From assembly GCF_002105155.1 (NCBI RefSeq), contig NW_019029002.1, positions 496,001-560,000 of the forward strand: a stretch of 64,000 nt of DNA, read 5' to 3'. The first letter of the stretch is position 1. The number at the start of each line of letters is the position of its first letter. Made by a program: the position numbers and the translations under genes. Under the pieces are notes generated by a model. The model saw only the letters and a program-made list of their open reading frames with translations, was not told where the DNA came from and did no database searches. This document shows positions 1 through 11,179 of this stretch, piece after piece. This DNA is from Lobosporangium transversale. Taxonomy: Eukaryota.

Positions 1-104
1 GTTTTATCCTTTTCTTTTTCGTTTCCTTTTATATTTGTACATTCGTAATGCGCTACTCTAACGGCTAAATCGTGTCAAACCTCATGTATCTTTCCATCTA
101 CCAG

Positions 105-487
105 CCCGCGACTTTATCAAATGTTTGCTCCGAGCTCATCCCGAAAAGAGATTGACAGCTACAGAAGCCCTTCAACACAAATGGATTACCACTGAGACTG
201 GTACTGATGTAGATCTCTTGGATAATGTCAAAGAAGGGTTCAATGCCAAGTACGTTAAACGTTAAAATTGTCGCTTTATGGATAGTGCAATGTGTTATTT
301 CCTTTCCATCACCGCTCTTTTGCACTAAATTATTAATTCCGAAAAAAACAAAAAAAAAAAAAAAAAAAATAGGAGGATGTTCAAGAAAACCGTTCGGGCT
401 GTGGCAGCTGCCAATCGCCTTCGTTCCATGACCCGTTCTCCTACTAATGCAGATACTTCATCGGATGAAATTGAGTCTTCCTCAGCC

Positions 488-530
<43 letters not shown>

Positions 531-565
531 CATCAACAGGCATAGAAGTGACACAACAACAATAG
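105..565 (+). CDS. Ca2+/calmodulin-dependent protein kinase (CMK1/2-like), last two exons; 5' part lies outside the window
   Basis: Exon 105-249 reads RDFIKCLLRAHPEKRLTATEALQHKWI..DLLDNVKEGFNA (kinase subdomain XI). GT-AG intron 250-372. Exon 373-565 reads KRMFKKTVRAVAAANRLRS (typical CaMK calmodulin-binding helix), then polyQ and stop. Confidence 0.85.
487..528 (+). repeat. (CAACAG)n coding microsatellite, polyQ in kinase tail
   Basis: Alternating CAA/CAG codons seen directly. Confidence 0.9.
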
Positions 566-1963
566 AGGCATTTGAGGGAACGTCTAATCACTTCAACCAA
601 CCTTCTATTAAACTATTATTTGTCTTTCTCTCACTTTTTTTTATATTTCTTTGATTGAGAAGTTGTGGAATAAAATGAAAGGTTCATTTAAACATCATGT
701 TGCTGTCAGTTCTGGTCAAACTTATATCTCCATTTGAAAGGGCAAATTGGTGAAGAGATCACACCCATATCACGATTGTTCCATTGTTCTTTGAGCAGAC
801 AAGTGCTCCGTTGATTTCATGACATCTGAGTCGGTTCTCAAGCTTATAAAGACAGTGTCATCATTGCCTTCCATTGATGTATATACCACAGAGAGGAAGA
901 GATTTTTTTTTTTTTTTTTTTTTTTTTGCATACAATGCTTTATAATCCAAAGGTGGAGCAACCCAGTAAAAAAAAATAGAGAGAGAAAGACATTTCATTG
1001 ACTGGTATGGAAGAACATATTTACTTTCAGTACTTTAGCATACCTTTCAATTCAATCAGCTCTACCTTTCTGTAAGGATCACCACTAGGACTAAGAAAAA
1101 AAAAAATGCCTCAGTGATCATGATCAAAGACTCTTACTTTTTTATTTTCGACTCTGACGTCTTGAATCCTTATCAATCCGTTGTATAAAGATTAGGTGTA
1201 TGTAAACACACTAACGCGTAAAAACAAAAGTAAAACAGGACTGGGAATGTATGTCATTGTATATCATTCAGGTACAATACTATAGCCCAAGAGTTGTCTA
1301 TAGAGGCTCTTTGTAGAGCAACACAGCATGTAAACACTTTGCCTGAATAGTGTATAATTAAAAAAAAAAAAAAAAAAAAGTTTGTATTACAACGGATGGT
1401 GTTACTGGAGTGCTTATGTATATCATGTACTTGAAGATGTGTTATGTGTCTGCGCGTGTTGTGCAAACAAAATATTTGCTCTCCACTTCTGCACTGCCAC
1501 ATTATCAGAAAGTCAGTTTCTTACATAGTCTAGTCTAGGCTATTAATCTACTCTCAAACTCCGGCTCTAATCCCGGTAGCAAGAGTGAGCGGCGTTTGCT
1601 TTCATTCAAAAAAAAAAAAAAAAAAAAAAAGCGGCGTCCCTTCTTTGTCTCAAGGTTAGGTTCAAATCGTGTGCCGTCCCTATCCTCGACTCGTAATGCT
1701 TGTAGTAAACATTATCCTGGAGAGGTTACGCCCTGTGTTTAGATCAATCTCAAAGACACTGACCTTGGAATGGAAAGATCTTCCCCTTTTTTTTTCCCAC
1801 AAGAAAAAAATATTTAAATACCTCCTCCTTCTCTTTCTCCTTCCCCTCAAAATTTACATTCTATCCTTCTTTGCAGTAAGTAGTAAATACTTTTCTTCTT
1901 TTTATAATTGTCATTTTATCATCCTAATCTCACCGGTAATTCTTTTTTCCTCGTCTTATAGTC

Positions 1964-2275
1964 ATGTTGTTCAAGGCTAAGGGTCTCGTCGTGCTCGTTT
2001 CCATCGCTGCCATGCAAGTTGTGACCGGTCTCAAGGTCAACGAATGTACTTGTATCAAGAATTCGGCGGCACCTCATTTCCCCGGTATCGGACCTACCTA
2101 CGATTGTGGTACATTAGTCGGTTGCAGATACAGTGCTAATGCTAGACAGAAGTCTTGGCAAATCTCTGGAAAGGCAGGCGTTGACTACTTTAAGCAGTGC
2201 TGCCGGAATGCAGGAAAATATGGCTTCTGCAGGACTGTCACCATCTGGGGAAGCTGCCCAATTGTCAAGGGATAA
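1964..2275 (+). CDS. Small secreted cysteine-rich cationic protein (103 aa), unknown family
   Basis: N-terminal signal peptide MLFKAKGLVVLVSIAAMQVVTG and 8 Cys in the mature part. TATA-like TATTTAAATA at 1811-1820 and a clean 5'UTR intron 1876-1961 (GTAAGT..CTAAT..TAG) ending 2 nt before the ATG. Confidence 0.8.
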   Translation: MLFKAKGLVVLVSIAAMQVVTGLKVNECTCIKNSAAPHFPGIGPTYDCGTLVGCRYSANARQKSWQISGKAGVDYFKQCCRNAGKYGFCRTVTIWGSCPIVKG

Positions 2276-2932
2276 ATTATAATGAAGAAATAATCTCACA
2301 TGGACGCATACATTTCATGTAACGGGAAATGTTTATTCCTATTAGGAAATTTTTAAAATGTAATAAATATAAACAGATCAATTGTAACGCACTTTTTTTT
2401 TTTTTTTTTTTTTTTTTTTCCTGCGTGTGTGAGTGTCTCTACTTTCACAATCATACAAAAGCTTCAAAGCCTTGAGCTGATCACAATTGAGCTCATTCGT
2501 CTTATTCACCTCACTTGCTACTCTATTCTCGTGGGGCTTACTCTCGGAAATTTTGAGGATAGTGTAGCTCTCTCAGAAATGGAGAGCCTGGAGACCAAAG
2601 CTCGAAAACCGGGTACTGTATGAGGAATTCTTTCTGCTAATCAGCAACATGCACAAGATATTCTTCATCTCAATACTTTGCTCATAGTTATTCGACACTA
2701 TATTGATCACTAGATCGGCGAAAATTGCTTGCTGTAACTGTCATATTTATACTACAACTCACATGCAGCCGGCGCTTCTCCTTCAAGTTTAACAAAGTCA
2801 TTTGGTATTTTGCAATGGATTTCATCACTTTGATTAATATGTTATTCAAATGAGAAAGATTTCTTTTTCTATTATACACAGTATGATGATTTGACGGCAG
2901 GAAAGTATACGGAGGTTATCCCAAACGTTTCT

Positions 2933-5900
2933 TCATTGTCGAGATCTTCTTCTCACGTTTGTTGTCAAGCTTGACCTCCACCTCTGTCTTCTGATTTCTG
3001 ATCCAGACTCGGATGCTAGCTCTCTCCATCGCGTATCACCTTCCACGCCACATCCTTCGTCTCTGTTCCTGTTCCTCTCCTTGGATCGGCGAGAATCATT
3101 ACCACGGTAATATCCCTCCTCTTCCTCCTCTTCATCATCATCGCCTTCTTGGTGATAGGTATATTTGACAATCCTTCGGCGAACTCGAGACGAATCCATA
3201 TCCTCTGAACGATCCCCTGTTCCTCCATATCCGCTATCGTTATCTCCTGAAAACATATCAGGTGCGCCATTAGGCTTTATTATTGTTGTGGTTACAACGC
3301 CATTAGAACAAGATGACCTTCTGGACACGAGTCGGTCCACTGCATGGGCGCGGTTAGCCAAAGGCGAAGAGGTCTCGTTGACTGCCTTTTCTCTTCCCAA
3401 TGCATTAGCGTCGCCATTGTTCTTGAAAAATGTAAAAAGTCCTGTTTGAACAGGGCTTCCAGTCTCTGCCTCGTCTACACCTCCGTAATGCGCTGTATCC
3501 TCCATTACGATTTCAATCTTACCCTCTGCTAGTGCCTTGACATAGTCCCCAGGGAAATGATCATTCAAGAAGAATGGTAACACGATTCGCTCAAAGATTC
3601 GGAGCCATGACTCCCTACGCATCCTCATGATGACTCGTAAGTTTAGGATACCGGAGAGATGCATAAATGAGATGCCTCTGACGGGGACAGGCATTAATGT
3701 CACTGGGTCTGGAGGGTACAAAATCAATTTATGTGAAGACTCGACAAATACAAGCGTTCCTGGAAGAGTTTCATAAGCGCCCCAAAATGGCACGCGAGCG
3801 AAGATATCGTTGTTGTAAACATGATGAAACATTTTGCAAGCGAGCTTGGGTCCAAATGCGTTACTGAAATCCTTGTCGCCGATTTTAGGACTGCCATAAC
3901 TGTAGAAGACGAAGGAGAATAAAGAAAAGTCGAAAACGAATGATTATTCATGTGACGCATCAACATATAACTATAAATTAAACACTCAATCATGTCAGTG
4001 AGTAGAACTTACGTGTAAAGCCCAGAAAATATATCCAATAGTGGAGAGTGACATTGAACCATCTTTGCCAGAAAGATGGTAGCAAGAGCGCCACCCAGAC
4101 TGTGTCCACAGATGTAAAAGCGAAGCTTCTTTCTTTTAAAGCTACCTTCTTGTTCATCTCTGTATTGATGGTTATAAATATCTAGAATCTTATTGCCCAA
4201 GTCAGTCCATTGAGCAGAGTCTTTGCTATCTGCTTTACATCCCGAAAGTCTCCTCCGATGATGACTCTGCCCAGCATGGTGCAGTCCTGTAAGCGAGAGC
4301 CTTCGTGTCTTGGCGCTTCTAAATGATCCATGACCAGAAAGACTGGATCTTCGCCCGTGTTCTTTATCCTGGCCTTTACTAATATCTAATGATTCTATAT
4401 CGTCAGTTGAATATAGATTACTCAGGCTGCTCCTTCTGGAAAGAGCTCGAGAATTCGACGACGAACGACGTTGATGTGAAACCTTTGAAGACCGATCCAC
4501 TTTGTGCATTCGCTTAAGCTCTTTCTCTGCATGTTCTAGTCTCAGCCCATCCAACCACCGGCATGCTTGTGCAAACGCACTCAGGTCTCTGACTTCGCCT
4601 GCAAAACGATAGTCAACTGGATCGCTCACGTGGGTGAAGAGGCCCACAATTAGGAATTTGACCAACATATATGCCGCTCGGATGGAAGTGACTATCGTTT
4701 GGTAGACGGAATGGTTGGACAGTTCGAGATTGATTGTGCTAGCTTTGGTAACCTCGGATCTGAAAGATGAAGCTGGGCTAATTTTGTGTGGACGTTTTGG
4801 AGAAGACTTTTCTGAATGTAGCCCATAGTCATCTTCATCCATGTCTGTATCACTATATCTCCGATGTTGAAGCCGACTCAGTTCCCGCTGTTGTTGAGCC
4901 AACTCTTCAGACGGCAAGAGAAAGTTTTCAGCCGAACCCAGGGCATTGTACATTCCCTTATGACACTTGCCAAGCGGTACAGCCTCATCTCCAAGAGTCT
5001 TGATGGGTATAAGTCGCGATTGAATATCAGTCCATGCGTTTTGGAGATTCAAGGGATCTGTCCCGCGGAATACTAGTACAATGTTACGACCTTTTTGCAC
5101 GATAAATCCACAGGTGTTCTGTGTAAATCCACACAAATAAACAAAACCAGGTGAGATAAAAGTTCGCATGAGTATGATTTTTCAATTTTTGTATACCCGA
5201 TCATCAAAAATAAAAAAATTTACCTTGTATGCAATAGCGCGGAATGAATGCATGTCATATCCCGAGAGAGCGAGTTCATGGCGAATTACGGGCACATCTT
5301 CATAAACTAACTTGGATACCATGGCTAGGGTCGTAGCAATAGGTTGTGAATAGCGGGGTCGATCCATAAGGTTCTCCTGTTGCTGATCCAATTTCTTTTC
5401 AAATCCGTTTTTGATATCATCCTGTACGTAACGAGACTTGTCAATGTTGGCCATCTCCAACACTTTATGCCAATCTTCGCTCGACATGGATGCTAAATCT
5501 GATCCAGATCTTCCAGACACTTTATACTTTGTATCAAGTGATTTAGGGCGATCCCTTGATCGCTTACTGTTATCGTGATTGCTGGTGCGGGGTTTCAAAC
5601 TAACTTTGCGTTCATCGTAATCATGATCGCGCTCAAAATCCTGTCCGCCCTCTTCGATCCGTTTAACCTTTTCCTTGTCAAGAGTCTTCCCAAATTCACC
5701 ACAGGGCTGGAAATTTGTATCGCAGGCATTGACAGTCGAGTATTGCCCTGCGCTGGGCTCATGAAGTCCCACGGCGATCTTGAGCATTCTCCGAAGGAGT
5801 ACATCCGACATCATCAAGATGATGAACCAGGTCCAAAAGACCAGTTTGATGGAGCCATTGGTAACTTTGCCGAGGACTGGAATGCCGCGAAGGATAGATG

Positions 5901-6144
5901 CAAGAGGCGTGAGAGCGACAGAGATGGTACGCAGGATTTGGAGGATGATGGGCATTGAGAACTTGAAGGTCTTCCATGAGAGGAAGGTACAGGTGGAGAG
6001 TAAAAGACAGATGACAAAGAGTGTAAAGGAGAAGATAGTGACCCAACGACGATCACTGTAGACGCCATAAAAGGTCACTGCGAGGGGTATTGAGGCTATG
6101 GCCAGGCTGGCAAGCCAGAACAACCTGTTCTTTCCATGGGCCAT
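2933..6144 (-). CDS. Class 3 (OBL1-like) lipase with N-terminal membrane segments; exons 6144-5224, 5118-4013, 3899-2933
   Basis: Spliced protein contains LAMVSKLVYED, VLVFRGT, GKCHKGMYNAL, nucleophile motif ICGHSLGG, YTYGSPKIGD, YNNDIFARVP and NDHFPGDY. GT-AG introns keep frame. Confidence 0.88.
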
Positions 6145-7926
6145 GCGATCTGAAGATATGAAGTATGAAATGAAGTGAAGTGAAACGAAATGAAATGAAG
6201 AAATGAATGAAGAATACAATGTCAGGGTAGGAATGCGGAAGAAAAAAAAAAAAAAAAGCAAACAGAAGCGGGGAAAGTAAAGGATTAGTGTGTGGTCTAT
6301 GGGGGAGGAAAATGTTAAAGTTTTAATTGAATGTTCAATGATGTGATAGGTGGGATGCGAGGAAGTAAAAAAAATAGAAAATAAGGGGCTGGAAAGGAAA
6401 AGAAATGGGGAAAAGAGAACTTTTTAAAGACGTTGTGCTAACCAAGCAAGTGCATGTGCGCACTGGGCAAATGATATTCCAACATGTCAGCAAGGGTCGT
6501 GTGCGCTTATTTCAGTCAGTCCCATCATTCCCCTGAGCATTTCAAACATTTCCACATCTGTCCTGCAAATCAAAGTAAGGACACACAGACACAAGCACTT
6601 TTTTTTTTTTAAATGTGAACTAAAATTGATTATTCTCATTCACATCCTCCTTTTGGGCATATTTCGATCAATGCTTTCTTTTTTTGGTGTTTGCTCAGGA
6701 TTACTCCGGTAATTCTTTTTTTTTTTTTTTTTTTTTTTTTTTTCATGCTGTCACTTTATCTTGAAGTGTCTGTTGATATCTGCCCCCAAAAAAAATTCTG
6801 ACAATCATTTTTTTTGTTCCTTTATGACTACCTAGATCATCACCGAAGGGTTTAGATGTCAATCCAGAACTTGAAGAGTGAAAGAAACAAAATAGGCATC
6901 GATAGCAACATTACAACAGTAGGAATATCAATCGGCAAATGCTTGAGCTAACATGTACACAAGGAACCCTGTGTCTACAATAGTAAACACAAGAAATAAC
7001 GGCATCTGATTAATGTTTGTTGGTTCATGTGGCACATCTTTTTCTCACAATGACGAGGCAGGCAGACATGAGCTTCGGGCACAATCAAAATAATCCAGAG
7101 CTGAGTGAGAGCATCCATCATATCCCTTTTTTCTTCTCGTGCTACAAGCATGTGAATTGATTCCGAAAAAAGTCATTAAAATTAATGCGAGAGCACAAGC
7201 AGCTTGAATGCCAAGGACTTGCTTACAAGGAATAACCGACGTGTCATTAACATTGCATTATGGCATCCGAGTATCAAGGTGGTCAATTTGCACATGACCT
7301 AGCTTGGCAACTCTACACACTTGTGCTCCTGATAGTTTTTATATTCTTAGCTTTCTCCCTGCAGAGTATGTCGCGAGCATGTGCAAACTATCACAGCTCC
7401 ATTCAGAACAAATTGATAGGGATGAAGGACTTGGCCTTGTGCTCCATACGCGCTATCTTTAATACGTCGGTTAAATAGCTATAGAGCTTTTAAAAAGGGT
7501 TGAAAACCTTGGACCCGCATCAAGGAAATGGTTACCGATGTATTTCGATGCGAATCCAATAGTACCAGGCATATGAAATGAAGCAGAAATGGAGCAGAAG
7601 GAAGAAGGAAAAGGAAGACAGACCAAGTCAGAATACAGGACAAGAGATGATGTATGACGGACAACAGGAAACGGAAGATTTAAAAAGCTCAGTATATATA
7701 TATACAAACATAAACATTCACTTGTTGTTTTGCCCGATTGCCCCTTGGATCATGTCAGCTATCGCGCACAGAGCTTTATTTGTTCTTTGTGAATACATTT
7801 TGGTTTGACCCCCAAATCTTTTTGTTTTGAGGTGATCTTTCTTCATGCAGTAATATGATTGATTATCATCTCTTAACTTTTCTTATTGTGCTTTGCTATG
7901 TATTATATAATAAAAACTACATCTCA

Positions 7927-7972
<46 letters not shown>

Positions 7973-7978
7973 GACTGT

Positions 7979-8305
7979 TTAGAAGTCTCTCAGGCCTTGA
8001 CTAAGTTTGGTCAGAACGATTATACGGACGGCTGTTGAGGCTGTGGGATGGAGAAAAGGCGTGACAATCGAGTTAGACCTGGCCCTGTTATGAATGGAGC
8101 CCATGCCTCTGATTCTTGAAATACTATTGAGAGGTGCTGGAGGTGGAGACGGAGGAGAAGGAAGAGAGGGAGGAGGAGGATCCTGCTCTTGATATTTATT
8201 CTCTGCCGACAAAAACTCTTTGAATTCTGTGTGAACAAGAGGATATTTTTCAAACAAGATCGATACACGATCAATCATCTCGGTTCCATTAATCCTTTTG
8301 CCAAG

Positions 8306-8336
<31 letters not shown>

Positions 8337-8755
8337 AACAGAATCATATTAGTGATTTGAATTCCAACAATAAAAAAAAGTAAAGATAAAGTTAAATAAA
8401 AAGCATTGACCTACTTTTGCTTCTCGTGATCATCCAAGATTTCAAGGTAGAGCCTTAAAATCTCTGGTTCATTCCGCAGACTATCCTTTAGGATACCCAA
8501 GAATGTAGTAGCAGCGGTAATCACCGTCAGAGGCATAGAGCCCAGCAGAGTAATGGCTGTTGACGATGACGTTGTTCTTGCTGCTGCTGTTGACGCAGAA
8601 GCTATCCTCAGTAGTTTCGGGCTCCGTCCTAAGAAAGCAGTAGCAGCAGCAGTAGAATCCGGATGAGTAGCTGGCTCAGTTTGCAAGGCCTGCGATGATG
8701 ATCGCTCTTGAGGCGACAAAGGCTTCGGCATGAAACTGTTCTCGCTCGAAGACAT
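7979..8755 (-). CDS. Small protein with a single Sin3-type PAH domain; exons 8755-8415, 8294-7979
   Basis: Spliced ATTFLGILKDSLRNEPEILRLYLEILDDHEKQKINGTEMIDRVSILFEKYPLVHTEFKEFLS fits the PAH pattern (A..F+..+K.....P..Y..FL.IL.....+.....+...V..LF..P.L..EF..FL). Intron 8414-8295 is GTAGGT..AAG. Confidence 0.72.
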
Positions 8756-9418
8756 TTTGGAGATGGTGATTTTTTTTTAAAAAAAATATGAAAAGTTGGG
8801 TATTTAAAAGGAAAAAAAAATGGGCGTTTGTTGAACTAAGCAATGTGCGGGAGGAAGTGGAGTTCAGAACTAGATATCACATTAGAAATCTGTGAAGTAT
8901 TCAGGGATGGATTGTGGATTAAGGATAGGGGTGTCTATCTATGAATGTGGTGTTGGAGCTCAATTGGTTTTAAGTAACACGTCTTCATGGCATTAAACAT
9001 GCTCGAGCAGAGATTTTGAAAGCGATGTGGATTAATATAATAGTTTCTATGTATTGGAAAAAGTAATTTGTGAATTTTGTTCAAAGGCACCTTTGTGATC
9101 AGTAGATATTCACAGTCTAATTTACTCCGTGCGCGAGCTCTTAGTGCCAGTGTTCATTTCTTGCACGCAAAAACAAACATGGGAGTAATTGGAAACAGTG
9201 TTACGAATATAATTCCGCTCTTTCTTTCTTCGGGGGTGGGGTTGTTTTTCTTCTTTTTTTTCTATGTATATGATTCATGAGAGTTGCAAGGTAGGTGGAG
9301 CAGCAAGGTGTACGGATGCAACAGAATGCAAGTTTTATTATGGTTAAGAAATAAAGTTACACGAAATGGGAAAGAAATATGAGTAAGAAATGAGAAAAAA
9401 TGCACAGCAAAAAATGCT

Positions 9419-10650
9419 TTAGAACTTTGGACGACGCTTGCGAGCCGTATATTTGGAGTCATTGGCAGTCTTATCGCCTTTTGCACGCAATTGTTCCTTC
9501 TTCTTCAAGACCCAGTTCTTATCTTTAAGGGGTTTACGCTTACTAGAGCGCATGCGGGAATCATTCCTCCTAAGTATTCAAAAAAAAATAAAATAAAATA
9601 AATAATAAAAAAAAAAAGTTAGTATAAACGTTCAGCCACAATTCAAAAGATAATATGGAGCGAGGATTAGGCCTAGGATAACAGCATACTTCTTGGATGT
9701 ATATTGCACTCCAGTTTCTTCAGGCTCCCCTTCCCCGTCTTCTCCCAGTGCAGCAGGAAGTTGTTGTCTGACACCATTGATCTCCTGTCCTGCAAACAAG
9801 CAAAGATAAAACTTTTTTGCCTTCTTAGAATTAGGATAGTCGACAACAAGACCTCCTTCGAAACCACAGCGGACAGCACATCCCATAATCAATTGGACTT
9901 GGTCATCATTCTCGGGATAGAACTGGAACACTGCACGGGCGCCACGTCTCAAGGAGGAATAAAGGGTAGAGAAGAATCGCATAAGACGAGCCTTTGGGTG
10001 GTGAGAAGTCTTATCGGCATTGCAGAGCCATTGCAGGACTGAAATAGAGATACAGCCGTCGAATGTACCAGGTCGGAAAGCCATCCCATGTCCTGCGTCC
10101 TGTAAGAACAGATCTCCAGAAGCCTCATTCTCCAACGCTACCTCCAACATGGCAGGGGCGATGTCAAATCCAATCCAGACGTGACCATACTCATCCAGAA
10201 CTTCACCACTAAGCCCTGATCCGCAACCGACATCCAGAATAAGTCCAGAATATCCCTCAGGTAAATTCAACAACTCGACAGCACGGCTGGCCATCTCCGC
10301 TTGAATAGCTGCAATACGGGAGCTAAGTGGCATCAATGAAAAGAACAGCATAGATTCATTTTTTTTTTTTTTTTTGTTCAACGTTGAGTATGACAACGCT
10401 ATAAAACATCCAATGCTACAATGTCAAAGTATTAAAGTAAATTGTTGAAGTATATGGCGTCGTACTTTCCAGTGTACTTTGCTGCCTCTTCGCCACCATA
10501 GACCTAACAAATGTATGATATTGGTGAAAGTAAAGCAGTTGTATTTCAGTTGGTTATGCTCTATTAGATTCCTTTGACCATTCCAATGCAAATGTATAGC
10601 ATACTATTGCGTACGATTTCAGGGGGTGCTTGATGTTCCGGTCGTGACAT
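9419..10650 (-). CDS. BUD23: 18S rRNA m7G methyltransferase Bud23/WBSCR22, 4 exons
   Basis: Starts MSRPEHQAPPEI; contains SAM motif ILDVGCGSGLSG and FRPGTFDGCISISVLQWLCNAD, VVDYPNSKKAKKFYL; ends DSKYTARKRRPKF*. Confidence 0.96.
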
Positions 10651-11093
10651 GGCTGCAATAAATGAAAAAAGATGAAAGCAAACGAATTTATTTCTTTGCA
10701 CCCAAAATGCTCCCTAATATCGAAAGGAGGATGTTGCTTGGGCCAAAAAAAAAAAAAAAAAAAAAAAGCTTCCTCAAAACAGCAGCCAGTGGCTTGTGAT
10801 AGTAGAAGACAGTCCCAGAAAAATGTAAAATTTGAGGCATTGATGACATTAGGAGCTGCGGCAACCTAGGAAAATCAATTCAGTTGACTACAGAAATATA
10901 GTTTTTGCCTTGCTCCGTTTGCTCCATTAGCCAAAGCAACTTTGTCTTCTGAGGGCTTCCATAAAACCTTCATTGTCTTCTCGACTTTCTCAACAATTTT
11001 AATCAATTCACTTTTTCTTTCTCTTATTAAACTAATACCTTACGTAGGAGAGGATCAAACCATTGTTCTACATTTCCTCTTTACATTTAAACC
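10651..11093. promoter_or_regulatory. Probable bidirectional promoter BUD23/LTN1
   Basis: Divergent ATGs 443 bp apart, with a poly(dA) tract at about 10745-10767. Confidence 0.6.
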
Positions 11094-11148
11094 ATGCCAC
11101 CAAAAACAACACCCCGCGTCAGAGGAAATGTGAAGGCAGCAAGCAGCA

Positions 11149-11179
<31 letters not shown>

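Noticed and set aside
325..600. Minus-strand ORF with a poly-Cys run
   Set aside because: Antisense reading of the kinase polyQ codons.
760..900. ATGATGA C-box-like motif on the minus strand and a 63-aa ORF
   Set aside because: No properly spaced CTGA D box or terminal stem; the ORF has no recognisable features.
6300..7900. Short ORFs (61-78 aa) between the lipase and PAH genes
   Set aside because: No motif, no consistent splice model, mutually overlapping; likely non-coding.
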